Source: an uncultured Rivularia sp.
GTDB taxonomy: Bacteria; Cyanobacteriota; Cyanobacteriia; Cyanobacteriales; Nostocaceae
Direction: 5' to 3'
DNA length: 64,000 nucleotides
Assembly: GCA_963665115.1 (NCBI GenBank)
Contig: OY762007.1
Coordinates: 7,872,001 to 7,936,000, forward strand
Part shown: positions 51,878 to 64,000 of the stretch, piece after piece
Layout of the letters: each line of letters starts with the position of its first letter
Numbering within the stretch: position 1 is the first letter of the stretch
Made by a program: the position numbers and the translations under genes
Notes under the pieces: model-generated
Told to the model about the DNA's origin: nothing
The model's database searches: none
What the model saw: only the letters and a program-made list of their open reading frames with translations

Positions 51878-54256
51878 ATGACTGTTTCTAGCCCTCCTCA
51901 AACAAAGCCATTACAGGATGAAGAATTACGAAAGATTAATGCTTATTGGAGTGCGGCAAATTATCTTTCGGTTGGACAAATCTATTTATTAGATAATCCT
52001 TTACTCAAAGAACCGCTGAAGTTAGAACACGTTAAACCCAGACTTTTAGGACATTGGGGAACTACCCCTGGTTTGAACTTTGTTTACGTTCATCTCAATC
52101 GAGTAATTAAGAGAGATGATTTAAGTATTATTTATATTGCTGGTCCCGGACATGGTGGTCCAGGTTTGGTCGCTAATACCTATCTTGAAGGAACTTACAG
52201 CAAATATTATCCGAATATTTCTCAAGATTATCAAGGGATGCAAAAGCTGTTCAAACAGTTTTCTTTCCCCGGTGGAATTCCCAGCCACGTAGCACCGGAA
52301 ACTCCAGGAAGCATTCATGAAGGTGGAGAACTCGGTTATTGTGTGTCCCACGCTTTCGGTGCGGCTTTTGATAATCCCGATTTGATTGTTGCTTGTGTTG
52401 TTGGTGATGGTGAAGCAGAAACGGGTTCATTAGCAGCAAGTTGGCATTCTAATAAGTTTTTGAATCCAGTACGTGATGGTGCGGTATTGCCGATTTTGCA
52501 CCTCAACGGTTATAAAATTGCTAACCCAACTCTTCTAGCAAGAATGAGCCATGAGGAATTACAAAAGCTATTTGAAGGTTACGGTTACAAACCTTATTTT
52601 GTTGAAGGTTCCGATCCAGAAGCCATGCATCAATTGATGGCGGCAACTATGGATACCGCACTGCATGAAATCCGCGAAATTCAGGAAGATGCGCGTCAAA
52701 ATGGCTTCAAAGTGCGTCCGCAATGGCCGATGATTATTCTTAGAAGTCCTAAAGGTTGGACGGGACCAAAAGAAGTTGATGGGAAAAAGACCGAAGATTA
52801 TTGGCGATCGCACCAAGTACCGCTATCAAATATGGCTTCGGAACCAGCCCATGTAAAAATGCTCTCAGACTGGATGAAGAGTTACAAGCCAGAAGAATTA
52901 TTTGATCAAAACGGTAAATTAATTGCCGAATTAGCCGAACTCGCACCAACAGGAAAACTACGTATGGGTGACAATCCCCATGCTAACGGCGGTGTTTTAC
53001 TCAGAGACTTGAAAATGCCCGATTTTCGCGATTATGCCATAGAAGTCGAAGCGGGGAAAACTATCGACGAAGCAACTCGCGTTATGGGTAAACTGCTACG
53101 GGATGTAATGAAGCTCAATCAAGATACTCAAAACTTCCGTTTATTTGGGCCAGATGAAACCGCATCCAACCGACTTGCTGACGTATTAGATGTCACTTCG
53201 AGGACTTGGGTTGCCGAAACCTTAGAATACGACGACAATTTAGCCGCAGACGGTCGCGTCATGGAAATACTCAGCGAAAATACTTGCCAGGGATGGTTAG
53301 AAGGATACTTACTAACAGGTCGTCACGGAATATTTTCCTGTTATGAAGCATTTATCCATATCATCGATTCAATGTTCAACCAGCACGCTAAATGGTTGAA
53401 AACTACTCGCCATATTCCTTGGCGCAGACCAGTTGCTTCCCTAACATATTTATTAACATCTCACGTATGGCGACAAGATCATAACGGCTTCAGCCATCAA
53501 GATCCCGGCTTTATCGATCATGTTGTAAATAAAAAAGCCGAGGTTGTCAGAGTATATTTACCACCTGATGCCAATTGTCTGCTATCTGTGACAGACCATT
53601 GTTTAAGAAGTCGTCATTACGTTAACGTAATAGTCGCGGGTAAACAACCAGCATTGCAGTATTTAAACATGGACGAAGCCATCAAACACTGCACCACTGG
53701 GATCGGTATTTGGGGTTGGGCTTCAAACGATCAAGGAAGCGAACCAGATGTAGTCATGGCTTGCTGTGGCGATGTCCCAACCTTAGAAACCTTAGCAGCA
53801 GTAGATATATTGCGCGATAACTTTCCAGATTTAAAAATCAGGGTAGTAAACGTAGTAGACTTAATGACGCTACAGCCAGAAACAGAACATCCCCACGGCT
53901 TAAGCGACAAAGACTTCGACAGCATTTTCACTACCGATAAACCAGTGATTTTTGCCTTCCACGGTTATCCTTGGTTAATTCACCGTTTAGCATATCGTCG
54001 CACAAATCACAATAACCTTCACGTCAGGGGTTACAAAGAAGAAGGAACCACAACCACACCTTTTGATATGGTGGTATTGAACGAATTAGATCGTTTTAAC
54101 TTAGCAGATGATGCCATTGACAGAGTTCCCCATCTAAGATACAAAGCGGCTCACGTCAAACAAATGCTGCACAACAAATTAATCGAACACAAACAATACG
54201 TCCGCCAACACGGCGAAGATATGCCCGAAATTCGCGATTGGAAGTGGGAGCGGTAG
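51878..54256 (+). CDS. xfp: Phosphoketolase
   Basis: [60 protein letters not shown]. Confidence 0.95.
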   Translation: MTVSSPPQTKPLQDEELRKINAYWSAANYLSVGQIYLLDNPLLKEPLKLEHVKPRLLGHWGTTPGLNFVYVHLNRVIKRDDLSIIYIAGPGHGGPGLVANTYLEGTYSKYYPNISQDYQGMQKLFKQFSFPGGIPSHVAPETPGSIHEGGELGYCVSHAFGAAFDNPDLIVACVVGDGEAETGSLAASWHSNKFLNPVRDGAVLPILHLNGYKIANPTLLARMSHEELQKLFEGYGYKPYFVEGSDPEAMHQLMAATMDTALHEIREIQEDARQNGFKVRPQWPMIILRSPKGWTGPKEVDGKKTEDYWRSHQVPLSNMASEPAHVKMLSDWMKSYKPEELFDQNGKLIAELAELAPTGKLRMGDNPHANGGVLLRDLKMPDFRDYAIEVEAGKTIDEATRVMGKLLRDVMKLNQDTQNFRLFGPDETASNRLADVLDVTSRTWVAETLEYDDNLAADGRVMEILSENTCQGWLEGYLLTGRHGIFSCYEAFIHIIDSMFNQHAKWLKTTRHIPWRRPVASLTYLLTSHVWRQDHNGFSHQDPGFIDHVVNKKAEVVRVYLPPDANCLLSVTDHCLRSRHYVNVIVAGKQPALQYLNMDEAIKHCTTGIGIWGWASNDQGSEPDVVMACCGDVPTLETLAAVDILRDNFPDLKIRVVNVVDLMTLQPETEHPHGLSDKDFDSIFTTDKPVIFAFHGYPWLIHRLAYRRTNHNNLHVRGYKEEGTTTTPFDMVVLNELDRFNLADDAIDRVPHLRYKAAHVKQMLHNKLIEHKQYVRQHGEDMPEIRDWKWER

Positions 54257-54550
54257 GGGATGGGGTGATGGGGAATAGTTAGGAGTAGTGAGTAGTGAGT
54301 TGGGAGTAGTGAGTAGTGAGTAGTGAGTAGCAAGTAGTGAGTTGGGAGTAGTGAGTAGTGAGTAGCAAGTATTAAAGATGTGGTGGGAGCGTCTCGCTCC
54401 CTGGAAAAATCTCGCTCTCCCCATTCCCCTCTCTCTCTAATGCCCAATGCCCAATTCCCAATTCCCAATCCCCAATTCCCAATTCCCAATGCCCAATTCC
54501 CAATTCCCAATCCCCAATTCCCAATTCCCAATTACCAATTACCAATTACC
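54257..54550. repeat. Composite intergenic repeats: G-rich heptamers, family-A hairpin, C-rich heptamers
   Basis: (GAGTAGT)n, then GTGGTGGGAGCGTCTCGCTCCC, then (CCCAATT/CCAATTA)n. Confidence 0.9.
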
Positions 54551-54638
54551 GATAAATAAGCAAGTGTAAATGGAAGAATGTTATAAAGCTATAGGTTAGA
54601 AATAATTGTAAATTGAATATCTTACCAACATCACCATA

Positions 54639-57212
54639 ATGACTAGTAGTTCATCCGAGCAAAAATATAATCGGTTAGCGTCGCAAGAAGTTTCGGTTCC
54701 TACCACGGCTAAAGTTAGAGTAGAAGACGATCGCACTGGTATGAGTGAGGAAACCCTCAAGCGTGCTATTGCTGATAGTCTGTATTACGTTCAAGGTAAA
54801 GGCGAGTATTTTGCTACCCTGCACGATTACTATATGGCTGTTGCTCATAGCGTTCGCGATCGCATTCTGCAAAGACGGATTCAAACGGCTAAAACTCACT
54901 CGGAGAAGGGTGTAAAAACGGTTTACTACCTGTCGGCTGAGTTCTTGATGGGGCGCTATACGGGTAATTGTTTAATTAACCTCGGACTTTACGAGAAAAT
55001 CAAAACTGTTCTAAAAGAATCCGGGTTAGAGTTAGACGATCTATTAGAGCAAGAGCGCGAGCCTGGATTGGGTAACGGTGGCTTGGGAAGACTTGCAGCT
55101 TGCTATCTCGATTCTTTGGCAACTCTGGAAATTCCTGCTGTTGGTTACGGAATTCGTTATGAATTCGGGATTTTTGAGCAAGTTATCCGTAACGGTTGGC
55201 AAATTGAAAACCCCGATAAATGGTTGCTTTTTGGCAACGCTTGGGAACTTCCGCTTCCTGAATACCGCGTAGAAGTTAAATTTGGCGGTCATACCGAAGT
55301 ATATAACGATAGAAGCGGACGCTTCCAAGTACGCTGGGTACCGCAGCAAAAAGTATCTGGGGTTCCTTACGATACTCCCGTACCTGGCTATGGTGTTGAT
55401 ACGGTAAATATTCTCCGGTTGTGGAAAGCTGAAGCTACCGACGAATTTGACTTACAAGCGTTTAATGCTGGTGATTATATCGGCGCGGTAGGTAGTCAGA
55501 TGTTCTCGGAGAATATCTCGAAAGTTCTTTACCCTAACGACGATACAATGCAGGGTAAAGAATTGCGCTTGCAACAACAATATTTCTTTGTTTCTTGTTC
55601 CTTGCAAGATATTCTTCGTCGTCACCACCGAATTTTTAACACTTTAGATAACCTATCTGAAAAAGCTGCAATTCAGTTAAACGATACTCATCCTTCAGTT
55701 GGTATCGCCGAATTGATGCGGTTGCTGATTGATGAGCATCAAATGCCTTGGGATAAAGCTTGGAGTATTACTGAACATGCCTTTGCTTATACCAACCATA
55801 CCTTGTTGCCGGAAGCTCTCGAACGCTGGCCTGTAGAATTGTTTGGTAGATTATTACCCAGACACTTAGAAATTATTTACGAAATCAACTTCCGCTTTTT
55901 GAGTGAAGTTAGAAGACGTTTCCCTGGAGATTTGGAACGGATTTCGCGGCTATCTTTGATTGAAGAAGGCGACGAAAAGAAAGTCCGCATGGCACATTTA
56001 GCTTGTGTCGGTAGCCATAAAATCAACGGTGTAGCGGCGCTGCATACCGAGCTACTCAAAAAAGATGTTCTCCACGACTTCTACGAATTATTCCCCGAAA
56101 AATTTATCAACAAAACAAACGGTGTTACCCCGCGTCGCTGGTTGTTAATGGGTAATCCCCGACTTTCTCGCTTAATTACCGACAAAATCGGCACCGATTG
56201 GATTAAGAATCTCGATGAACTCAAAAAGTTAGAAAAATTCGTAGATGATAAAGAGTTCAGACAAACCTGGCGCGAAATCAAACAAGCCAACAAAGAAGAC
56301 TTAGCAAAACTAATTCAAAAATCCAACGGAATTACAGTCGATCCCAATTCCTTGTTTGACGTACAGGTGAAACGACTGCACGAATACAAACGTCAGTTAC
56401 TCAACGCCTTCCACATTATTACCCTCTACAATCGCATCAAGAAAAACCCGAAAGCCGATATCCAGCCCCGCACATTTATTTTTGCAGGTAAAGCAGCCCC
56501 CGGTTACTTCATTGCTAAACTAATCATTAAATTAATTAACGCCGTTGGTAGCGTAGTTAATAGCGATGCTGATGTTGCAGGGCGTTTGAAAGTCGCATTT
56601 ATTCCCAACTACAACGTATCCTCAAGTCAATTTATCTACGCAGGTGCCGAACTTTCCGAGCAAATTTCCACAGCCGGGAAAGAAGCTTCCGGAACTGGTA
56701 ACATGAAATTTGCCCTTAACGGTGCTTTGACAATCGGAACCCTTGATGGTGCTAACGTCGAAATTCGCGAAGAAGTCGGCGAAGAAAACTTCTTCTTATG
56801 CGGTTTAACCACCCCAGAAGTTTACGACTTGAAAGCCAAAGGATATAACCCCAGAAAATATTACGAATCCAATGCCCAGTTAAAAGAGGTTATTGATTTG
56901 ATAATGTGCGGGCACTTTTCCGATGGCGATCGCAGTATGTTCCAACCGCTGTTAGACTCGCTGTTTAACCACGATAGGTTCATGCTATTTGCCGATTACC
57001 AATCCTACGTAGACACCCAAGACAAAGTTTCCATTGCCTATCGGGATACAGAAAAGTGGACTCGGATGTCCATTCTCAACTCCGCACGCATGGGTAAATT
57101 TTCCTCAGACAGATCAATTTGGGAATATTGTCAAGAAATCTGGAACGTAGAACCCTGTGAAATTAAACTCGACGAATATTCAGCCGATAAAGCCGGATTG
57201 AAAATGTCGTAA
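54639..57212 (+). CDS. glgP: Glycogen phosphorylase
   Basis: GLGNGGLGRLAAC, LNDTHP, KRLHEYKRQ, EASGTGNMK, GTLDGANVEI. Confidence 0.95.
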   Translation: MTSSSSEQKYNRLASQEVSVPTTAKVRVEDDRTGMSEETLKRAIADSLYYVQGKGEYFATLHDYYMAVAHSVRDRILQRRIQTAKTHSEKGVKTVYYLSAEFLMGRYTGNCLINLGLYEKIKTVLKESGLELDDLLEQEREPGLGNGGLGRLAACYLDSLATLEIPAVGYGIRYEFGIFEQVIRNGWQIENPDKWLLFGNAWELPLPEYRVEVKFGGHTEVYNDRSGRFQVRWVPQQKVSGVPYDTPVPGYGVDTVNILRLWKAEATDEFDLQAFNAGDYIGAVGSQMFSENISKVLYPNDDTMQGKELRLQQQYFFVSCSLQDILRRHHRIFNTLDNLSEKAAIQLNDTHPSVGIAELMRLLIDEHQMPWDKAWSITEHAFAYTNHTLLPEALERWPVELFGRLLPRHLEIIYEINFRFLSEVRRRFPGDLERISRLSLIEEGDEKKVRMAHLACVGSHKINGVAALHTELLKKDVLHDFYELFPEKFINKTNGVTPRRWLLMGNPRLSRLITDKIGTDWIKNLDELKKLEKFVDDKEFRQTWREIKQANKEDLAKLIQKSNGITVDPNSLFDVQVKRLHEYKRQLLNAFHIITLYNRIKKNPKADIQPRTFIFAGKAAPGYFIAKLIIKLINAVGSVVNSDADVAGRLKVAFIPNYNVSSSQFIYAGAELSEQISTAGKEASGTGNMKFALNGALTIGTLDGANVEIREEVGEENFFLCGLTTPEVYDLKAKGYNPRKYYESNAQLKEVIDLIMCGHFSDGDRSMFQPLLDSLFNHDRFMLFADYQSYVDTQDKVSIAYRDTEKWTRMSILNSARMGKFSSDRSIWEYCQEIWNVEPCEIKLDEYSADKAGLKMS

Positions 57213-57367
57213 TTGTTTATAAGGGAATTGGGGATTGGGCATTGGTAATGGGTAATGGGTAATAGGTAATATATGATAATTAGAAATTAAGAATTTTCTA
57301 CCCTATCTACCCCCTCTACCCCCTCTACCCCCTCTCCCCACTCCCTACTCCCCACTCCCTAATTATC

Positions 57368-58367
57368 ATGAAAGTAGCAGTATTCAGCAGCAAAAAATAC
57401 GACCGCCACTTTCTTTCTGAAGCAAATGCTAATGGCGGTCACGAGCTTGTATTTTTTGAGCCAAAATTAACCAGTGAAACTACGGCATTAGCTTCAGGTT
57501 TTCCAGTAGTTTGCGCTTTTATTAACGACCAGTTAAATGCCGAAACTATAAAGGCGATCGCCAAACAAGGAACTAAGTTAATTGCCTTGCGCTCTGCGGG
57601 TTTCAATAATGTAGATATTCAAGCAGCCACCGAGTTAGGAATTACCGTAGTACGAGTTCCGGCTTATTCTCCTTATGCAGTAGCCGAACACGCAGCGGGA
57701 TTAATTTTAACTTTAAACCGTCAGTACCATCGCGCTTATAATCGAGTCCGCGAATCGAATTTTTCTTTGAATGGTTTATTAGGATTTGACTTACACGGTT
57801 CCACCGTCGGTATAGTGGGTACGGGTAAAATCGGGATGTGTTTTGCTCAAATTATGAAAGGATTTGGCTGCAATTTACTTGCATACGATATTTATCAAAA
57901 CCCCGCTTGTTTGGAAATGGGCGTGAAATATGTAGAATTATCAGAATTGCTTGCCGCATCGGACATCGTTTCCTTGCACTGTCCCTTTGACTCCCGAATC
58001 CCATCATTTAATTAACGCTACAACTTTAGATAAATTTAAATCGGGAGCAATGTTGATCAACACCAGTCGCGGCGCACTTGTCGATACTTCTTCAGTAATA
58101 GATGCTTTAAAATCCAAGAAATTAGGTTATGTAGGATTAGACGTATACGAGCAAGAAGAGGATTTATTTTTTCAAGACTTATCAGACGAAGTAATCCAAG
58201 ACGATATATTTGAACGTTTGCTGACATTCCCCAATGTAGTCATTACTGCCCATCAAGCCTTTTTTACTAAAAACGCCTTACAAAATATCGCTCAAACAAC
58301 CTTGTCAAACATCACCGAATTCGAGAAAACAGGTGAATGTGAGAATACAGTTAACAGTGAGCAGTGA
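57368..58367 (+). CDS. ldhA: D-lactate dehydrogenase (D-2-hydroxyacid DH), +1 indel at ~57983-57988
   Basis: [55 protein letters not shown]. Confidence 0.88.
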
Positions 58368-58714
58368 GCAATTATCAATTATCAATTATCAATTATCAAT
58401 TATTAAATTGTAGGGAATGTTACATATTAAGAAATATTAGTAGTATTGTGATTTGTAGCCTTACACACCAACTGCAAAATTATCTTTTATATAAGGTTCG
58501 TAGTAGCGCTTTAGCGCATCTTATCGAATACGCTAAAGCGCTACTACGAACCATTTTTCTTTTTTTTTTCTAGATTATTAGTTATAAATTACCAGCATTT
58601 TTTACTAATTGTTTGCTATTTACTGTTTATTCATAACTGTTTGCTGTTTACTAATTACTAACTGTTAAACCTTAAGACGGCAATCGTCAATGTCTTAACA
58701 TCGTTAACCGTTAA

Positions 58715-59809
<1,095 letters not shown>

Positions 59810-59954
59810 AAAGGTTAAAGGTCAAAGGTCAAAGGTCAAAGGTCAAAGGTTAAGAGTGAGGAGTTAGGAGTGAAGAGTTAAGAGTTAGAAATTAAGAATT
59901 TTCTACCCCCTCTCCCCCCTCTCCCCCCTCTTCCCCCTCCCTCCTCTAAATCTC

Positions 59955-61385
59955 ATGCGTAAAACCAAAATCATCTGTACGGTTGGGCCAGCTACATCGA
60001 CACCGGAGACTCTAAAAGCTTTGGTTGATGCGGGAATGAATGTAGCGAGGTTGAATTTTTCCCACGGGGATTATCAATTCCACGGTAAAACTATTGAAAT
60101 TCTTAGAAGTATACCGACTCCTCCAGGAAAACCTTTGGCTTTAATGCAGGATTTATGCGGACCAAAAATCCGTTTGGGTATGCTTCCAGATGAAGGTTTG
60201 ATGGTGGATGAGGGGGAAGAAGTTACTTTTGTCGAGCAAGAAAAAGGTAATAATATTGATGAATTGCCTTTACCAATACCAACTTTGTTCGCAATGGTAA
60301 GAGTTGGCGAATCGATCATGATAAATGATGGTCGGATTAAGTTGACTGTTATCGATAGAGATGCCGATAAAATTCGCGCTCTTGTCAAAATTGGGGGAAA
60401 AATTTCTTCTCGTAAAGGGGTAAATCTACCTCAAACTCATCTCCCGGTTAGTTCGATTACTGAAAAAGATTTATTAGATTTACGCTTCGGTATTCAAAAT
60501 AATTTAGATTTAGTCGCAGTTTCCTTTGTGCGATCGCCTGCGGATTTGGAACCAGCGCGACGCATGATTGAGGCAGCAGGTAAAAAGATTCGCATTATAG
60601 CCAAAATAGAAAGACGCGAAGCTGTTGAAAATTTTGATGAGATTTTAAAAGTTGTTGATGGAATAATGGTAGCCCGTGGCGATTTGGGGGTAGAAGTTCC
60701 CTTAGAACAAGTTCCATTAATTCAAAAAGATATTATTCGTCGCTGCAACCAAGCTGGAAAACCTGTTATTACCGCTACCCAGATGTTGGAATCGATGATA
60801 AGTGCTTCCGATCCCACTAGAGCAGAAGTAACCGATGTGGCAAACTCTGTAGTTGATGGTACTGATGCAATTATGTTGTCTGGAGAAACAGCAGTTGGTA
60901 AATATCCCATTGCCGCAGTCCAGATGATGGATAAAATCGCCGTAGAAACAGAAAAGTCATTACCCGACGGCACCCAGAAAACTTTCGGTTATCAAGCCGG
61001 TAGTCTCAGCGTTACCGAATCTGTAGCAGAAGCAGTATGTCGCATGGCTTACGAAGTCGGAGCAAAGGCAATATTATGTCATACTTCATCTGGAGGTACG
61101 GCAAAATTAGTTTCTAAATATCGTCCTACAACTAAGATTATTGCTCTTACATCCGAAGAAATTTCATATCGTCAACTCGCGCTTTCCTGGGGAGTTGAAC
61201 CCTTACTTATCTCTGGAGCTTCTAAAACAGAAGAAATGTTGATCGAACTTATTAACACCGTTGTCGAAATGGGTATTGCCGAAGAAGGAGACAAAGTGGT
61301 AATCACATCTGGTATCCCCGTAGGAAAACCAGGAAGCACGAGTTTAATTAAAGTGCATACAATTGGAGAGGCAATTTCGGCTTGA
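59955..61385 (+). CDS. pyk: Pyruvate kinase (short form)
   Basis: TKIICTVGP, RLNFSHG, IAKIE, MVARGDLG, TATQMLESM, MLSGETA. Confidence 0.95.
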   Translation: MRKTKIICTVGPATSTPETLKALVDAGMNVARLNFSHGDYQFHGKTIEILRSIPTPPGKPLALMQDLCGPKIRLGMLPDEGLMVDEGEEVTFVEQEKGNNIDELPLPIPTLFAMVRVGESIMINDGRIKLTVIDRDADKIRALVKIGGKISSRKGVNLPQTHLPVSSITEKDLLDLRFGIQNNLDLVAVSFVRSPADLEPARRMIEAAGKKIRIIAKIERREAVENFDEILKVVDGIMVARGDLGVEVPLEQVPLIQKDIIRRCNQAGKPVITATQMLESMISASDPTRAEVTDVANSVVDGTDAIMLSGETAVGKYPIAAVQMMDKIAVETEKSLPDGTQKTFGYQAGSLSVTESVAEAVCRMAYEVGAKAILCHTSSGGTAKLVSKYRPTTKIIALTSEEISYRQLALSWGVEPLLISGASKTEEMLIELINTVVEMGIAEEGDKVVITSGIPVGKPGSTSLIKVHTIGEAISA

Positions 61386-61390
61386 GGTGA

Positions 61391-62005
61391 ACAGCAGTTA
61401 TCTGTTTAACTGAAAGCGAAGAAATTTGTAACGGTAAAAGTCCGGTAATAAAACATAACTCGGATGAGCCGCAGTGGCATGGATGGGATAAGTACGAAGG
61501 AGATGCTTCCCAAGAGTTGCCCATATTTACAAGTATGGCTCTGGATGAAAGGTATTACGGAGACTTACAAGCATTAAATAAAGCCGAAACAGCCGAAAAA
61601 TTGGGTAAAGAACTAGTGCATCAAATGGCGGCGTTCGTTTTCAGTACGTCCCCCAGGAGGTGAGAGTTTGGAAGATAAGCTGATGTGCAGCTAAGTTGTA
61701 TTAAAAAAAAATTTGGAATTATTGTAGTGCGGGCATCTTGCCCGCTAGTACTATACAAATTAAGTGCGTTACAGCTTACCACGAATCGAACTTTACCGTT
61801 TTTCAAAGAACGTATTTCAACTCATCTCAAACAGGGTGATAACACCCTAGTAGCTGCTCGCGGAAATTCTTTGCGTTCAATTATCATGGAATTAGATAAG
61901 CTAGAATCAGAAAAAGTTCCTAATTTAGAGTTAGCAACCGGACAACCGATAATATACGACGTTGACGAACAAGGGAACGTCTCGAATAAGTTGATACTGA
62001 AGTAG
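61391..62005 (+). pseudogene. gpmA: 2,3-BPG-dependent phosphoglycerate mutase remnant
   Basis: Manual translation: …[22 protein letters not shown]…(shift)[17 protein letters not shown][MITE]TTNRT…VAARGNSLRSI…LATGQPIIY; the N-terminal RHG region is absent. Confidence 0.85.
61678..61776. mobile_element. 99-bp MITE (AGCTG…CAGCT family), copy 2, with TA target-site duplication
   Basis: GAAGA-TA-[AGCTGATGTGCAGCTAAGTTGTAT…ATACAAATTAAGTGCGTTACAGCT]-TA-CCACG; removing it restores ESLED-TTNR. Confidence 0.88.
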
Positions 62006-62486
62006 TTATTAGTTAGTGGTTAGTTGATAGTAGGACGGGAGTTACAGCAATTCTAAATGATTCTTTAAATTACAATTAGTAGCGCGAGCATCTTGCTCGT
62101 TGGTAATTGCTAGCGAGCGAGATGCATATCCTGACGGACACACTGCGTTAGCGGAGCGAGACGATAGTCTTAGGCAGCACTACAGATGTTTTAATCTTTT
62201 TCTCTTTTTCTCCCCATCCTCTTGTATCCCCCATCCCCAATCCCCTAAAACAGTATAAATTCTTAATAACAATTTAATCAAAGTGCATATAATCCGACAG
62301 CCAATATTGTGAATTCGTAAATAGAATAGGATTTGCTGCATAAAAAGGAATCTTTAATCGGTAATCGGGAACAGTGGATCTGAAAAATGTATTAATTACC
62401 GATTACTAAATGCAGGCAAGCAGTAGCAGTATTAAAGAAAAAAGCGTCAATCCTCGACACATCGATTTAATTTAACGGAGTAGATT

Positions 62487-63485
62487 ATGTCCAAAAATTT
62501 ATTAGAACAATTACGCTCAATGACTGTTGTGGTTGCCGATACTGGTGATATCCAACAAATTGAAAAGTTCAAGCCCCAAGACGCTACTACTAATCCTTCT
62601 TTGATTACTACAGTGGCTCAAATGACTGAATATCAAGGAGTCGTTGACGATACTTTAATCCAAGCGCAGAAAGATGCTGGTGCGAATGCAAGCTCAACTG
62701 ATATCACGAGACTGGCTTTTGAACGTTTGGCTGTGGCTTTTGGTTTAAAGATTCTTAAAATCATCCCCGGTAGAGTTTCGACTGAAGTTGATGCACGTCT
62801 TTCTTACGATACAGAAGCTACTGTTAAGGTTGCGCGAGAAATTATTAAGCAATACGAAGAGAAAGGAGTTTCCCGCGAACGTGTTTTAATTAAAATTGCT
62901 TCCACCTGGGAAGGTATTAAAGCTGCGGAAACTCTTGAGAAAGAAGGCATTCACTGTAATTTAACGTTATTATTCGGCATCCATCAGGCTATTGCTTGTG
63001 CGGAAGCTGGTGTAACCTTAATTTCTCCTTTCGTGGGACGTATTCTTGACTGGTACAAGAAAGATACCGGAAAAGATAGCTATCCTGCTAATGAAGATCC
63101 AGGTGTTTTATCCGTTACCGAAATTTACAACTACTACAAAAAGTTTGGCTACAAAACCGAAGTTATGGGAGCTAGCTTCCGCAATTTAGGCGAAATAACC
63201 GAACTTGCTGGTTGCGATTTATTAACTATTGCTCCTAAATTCTTGGCTGAATTGCAAAACAGCACCGACGAATTACCTCGCAAACTCGATCCAGAAAAAG
63301 CTGCCAAAATGGACATCGAAAAAATCTCGATGGATAAAGCTACCTTCGAGAAAATGCACGCAGAAGATAAAATGGCTTCTGACAAGTTAGACGAAGGAAT
63401 CAAAGGTTTCTCCAAAGCATTGGAAAATCTAGAGCAATTATTAACTGAAAGATTAGCTAACCTTGATGGAGCCAAGGCTGCTTAA
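62487..63485 (+). CDS. tal: Transaldolase
   Basis: [50 protein letters not shown]. Confidence 0.95.
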   Translation: MSKNLLEQLRSMTVVVADTGDIQQIEKFKPQDATTNPSLITTVAQMTEYQGVVDDTLIQAQKDAGANASSTDITRLAFERLAVAFGLKILKIIPGRVSTEVDARLSYDTEATVKVAREIIKQYEEKGVSRERVLIKIASTWEGIKAAETLEKEGIHCNLTLLFGIHQAIACAEAGVTLISPFVGRILDWYKKDTGKDSYPANEDPGVLSVTEIYNYYKKFGYKTEVMGASFRNLGEITELAGCDLLTIAPKFLAELQNSTDELPRKLDPEKAAKMDIEKISMDKATFEKMHAEDKMASDKLDEGIKGFSKALENLEQLLTERLANLDGAKAA

Positions 63486-63544
63486 GACTAATATCTTTTA
63501 GTTAAATTTAATGTAGAGACGTTGCAATGCAACGTCTCTATTTT

Positions 63545-63652
63545 TATAGTCATTCCAATTAATTTCCGTAGTGCGAGCATCTTGCTCGCTAGTACCGAGC
63601 GAGCAAGATGCTCGCACTACAAATCAATCGGTTTCTATTTAGAATCGCTATA
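63545..63652. mobile_element. MITE-like element carrying an inverted pair of family-A hairpins
   Basis: Imperfect TIR TATAGTCATTCCAATTA / TATTTAGAATCGCTATA; internal GTAG…CTAC palindrome at 63568-63620. Confidence 0.65.
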
Positions 63653-63763
63653 TATAGCGCAAAAAATGCTGTATCTTTTGTTCTCTTTTCTAATTTTCTT
63701 TTGACACACTAAGTACGTATAAGCCATAATTGATATTAAATGTATTAAATATATCAAATTATT

Positions 63764-64000
63764 ATGAGTATTTGGGAAGCTATTGGTAACACTACTAATG
63801 CTAATAGAGGTTTTGTTAAAGAACTCTATGAAGAATTAGAATACTCTATCGATCAAAAATTTAAATCTTATGATAGAGAACAATCGTATTTAAAAAATGA
63901 AATCGATAAACTCAAAGCTGAAAATGGCAAGCTTAAATTAGTTATGACAGAAATTTTGAGAAAATCTGTAGAAAAAGGTGTTTTCGATAGAGAAGAAATA
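63764..64000 (+). CDS. Hypothetical coiled-coil protein (3'-partial)
   Basis: Open from ATG 63764 to the window end (MSIWEAIGNTTNANRGFVKELYEELE…). Confidence 0.55.
   Translation, partial: MSIWEAIGNTTNANRGFVKELYEELEYSIDQKFKSYDREQSYLKNEIDKLKAENGKLKLVMTEILRKSVEKGVFDREEI

Noticed and set aside
61685..62005. 106-aa stand-alone CDS
   Set aside because: Chimera of MITE sequence and the C-terminal part of the gpmA pseudogene.

Overview
AT-rich bacterial chromosomal DNA, most consistent with a filamentous heterocyst-forming cyanobacterium (Nostocales; inferred from at least 19 HIP1 GCGATCGC octamers, heptamer tandem repeats in most intergenic regions, crtO, a CYP110-type P450 and a pentapeptide protein). 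About 50 CDS: housekeeping and metabolic genes (glcE/glcF, murJ, LCP, manC, ABC1 kinase, crtO, frmA, avtA, rimM), several toxin-antitoxin or TA-like modules, a bacterial type IB topoisomerase, a GC-rich alkaline-phosphatase-superfamily gene, and a glycogen-catabolism/fermentation cluster (xfp-glgP-ldhA-gap1-pyk-[gpmA pseudogene]-tal). Six genes are split by small homopolymer indels that are probably assembly errors; four of these lie at GGNCC sites. The most unusual content is non-coding: a ~200-bp composite element in two inverted copies, TA-flanked MITEs (one clearly inserted into gpmA), several GTAG-hairpin (REP-like) families with compensatory changes, nested small dispersed repeats, and a consistent inward-facing polarity of the heptamer arrays. 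I saw no CRISPR array, rRNA, tRNA, transposase or prophage, and I cannot claim a clearly new multi-gene system. All calls come from reading the sequence, without database searches.
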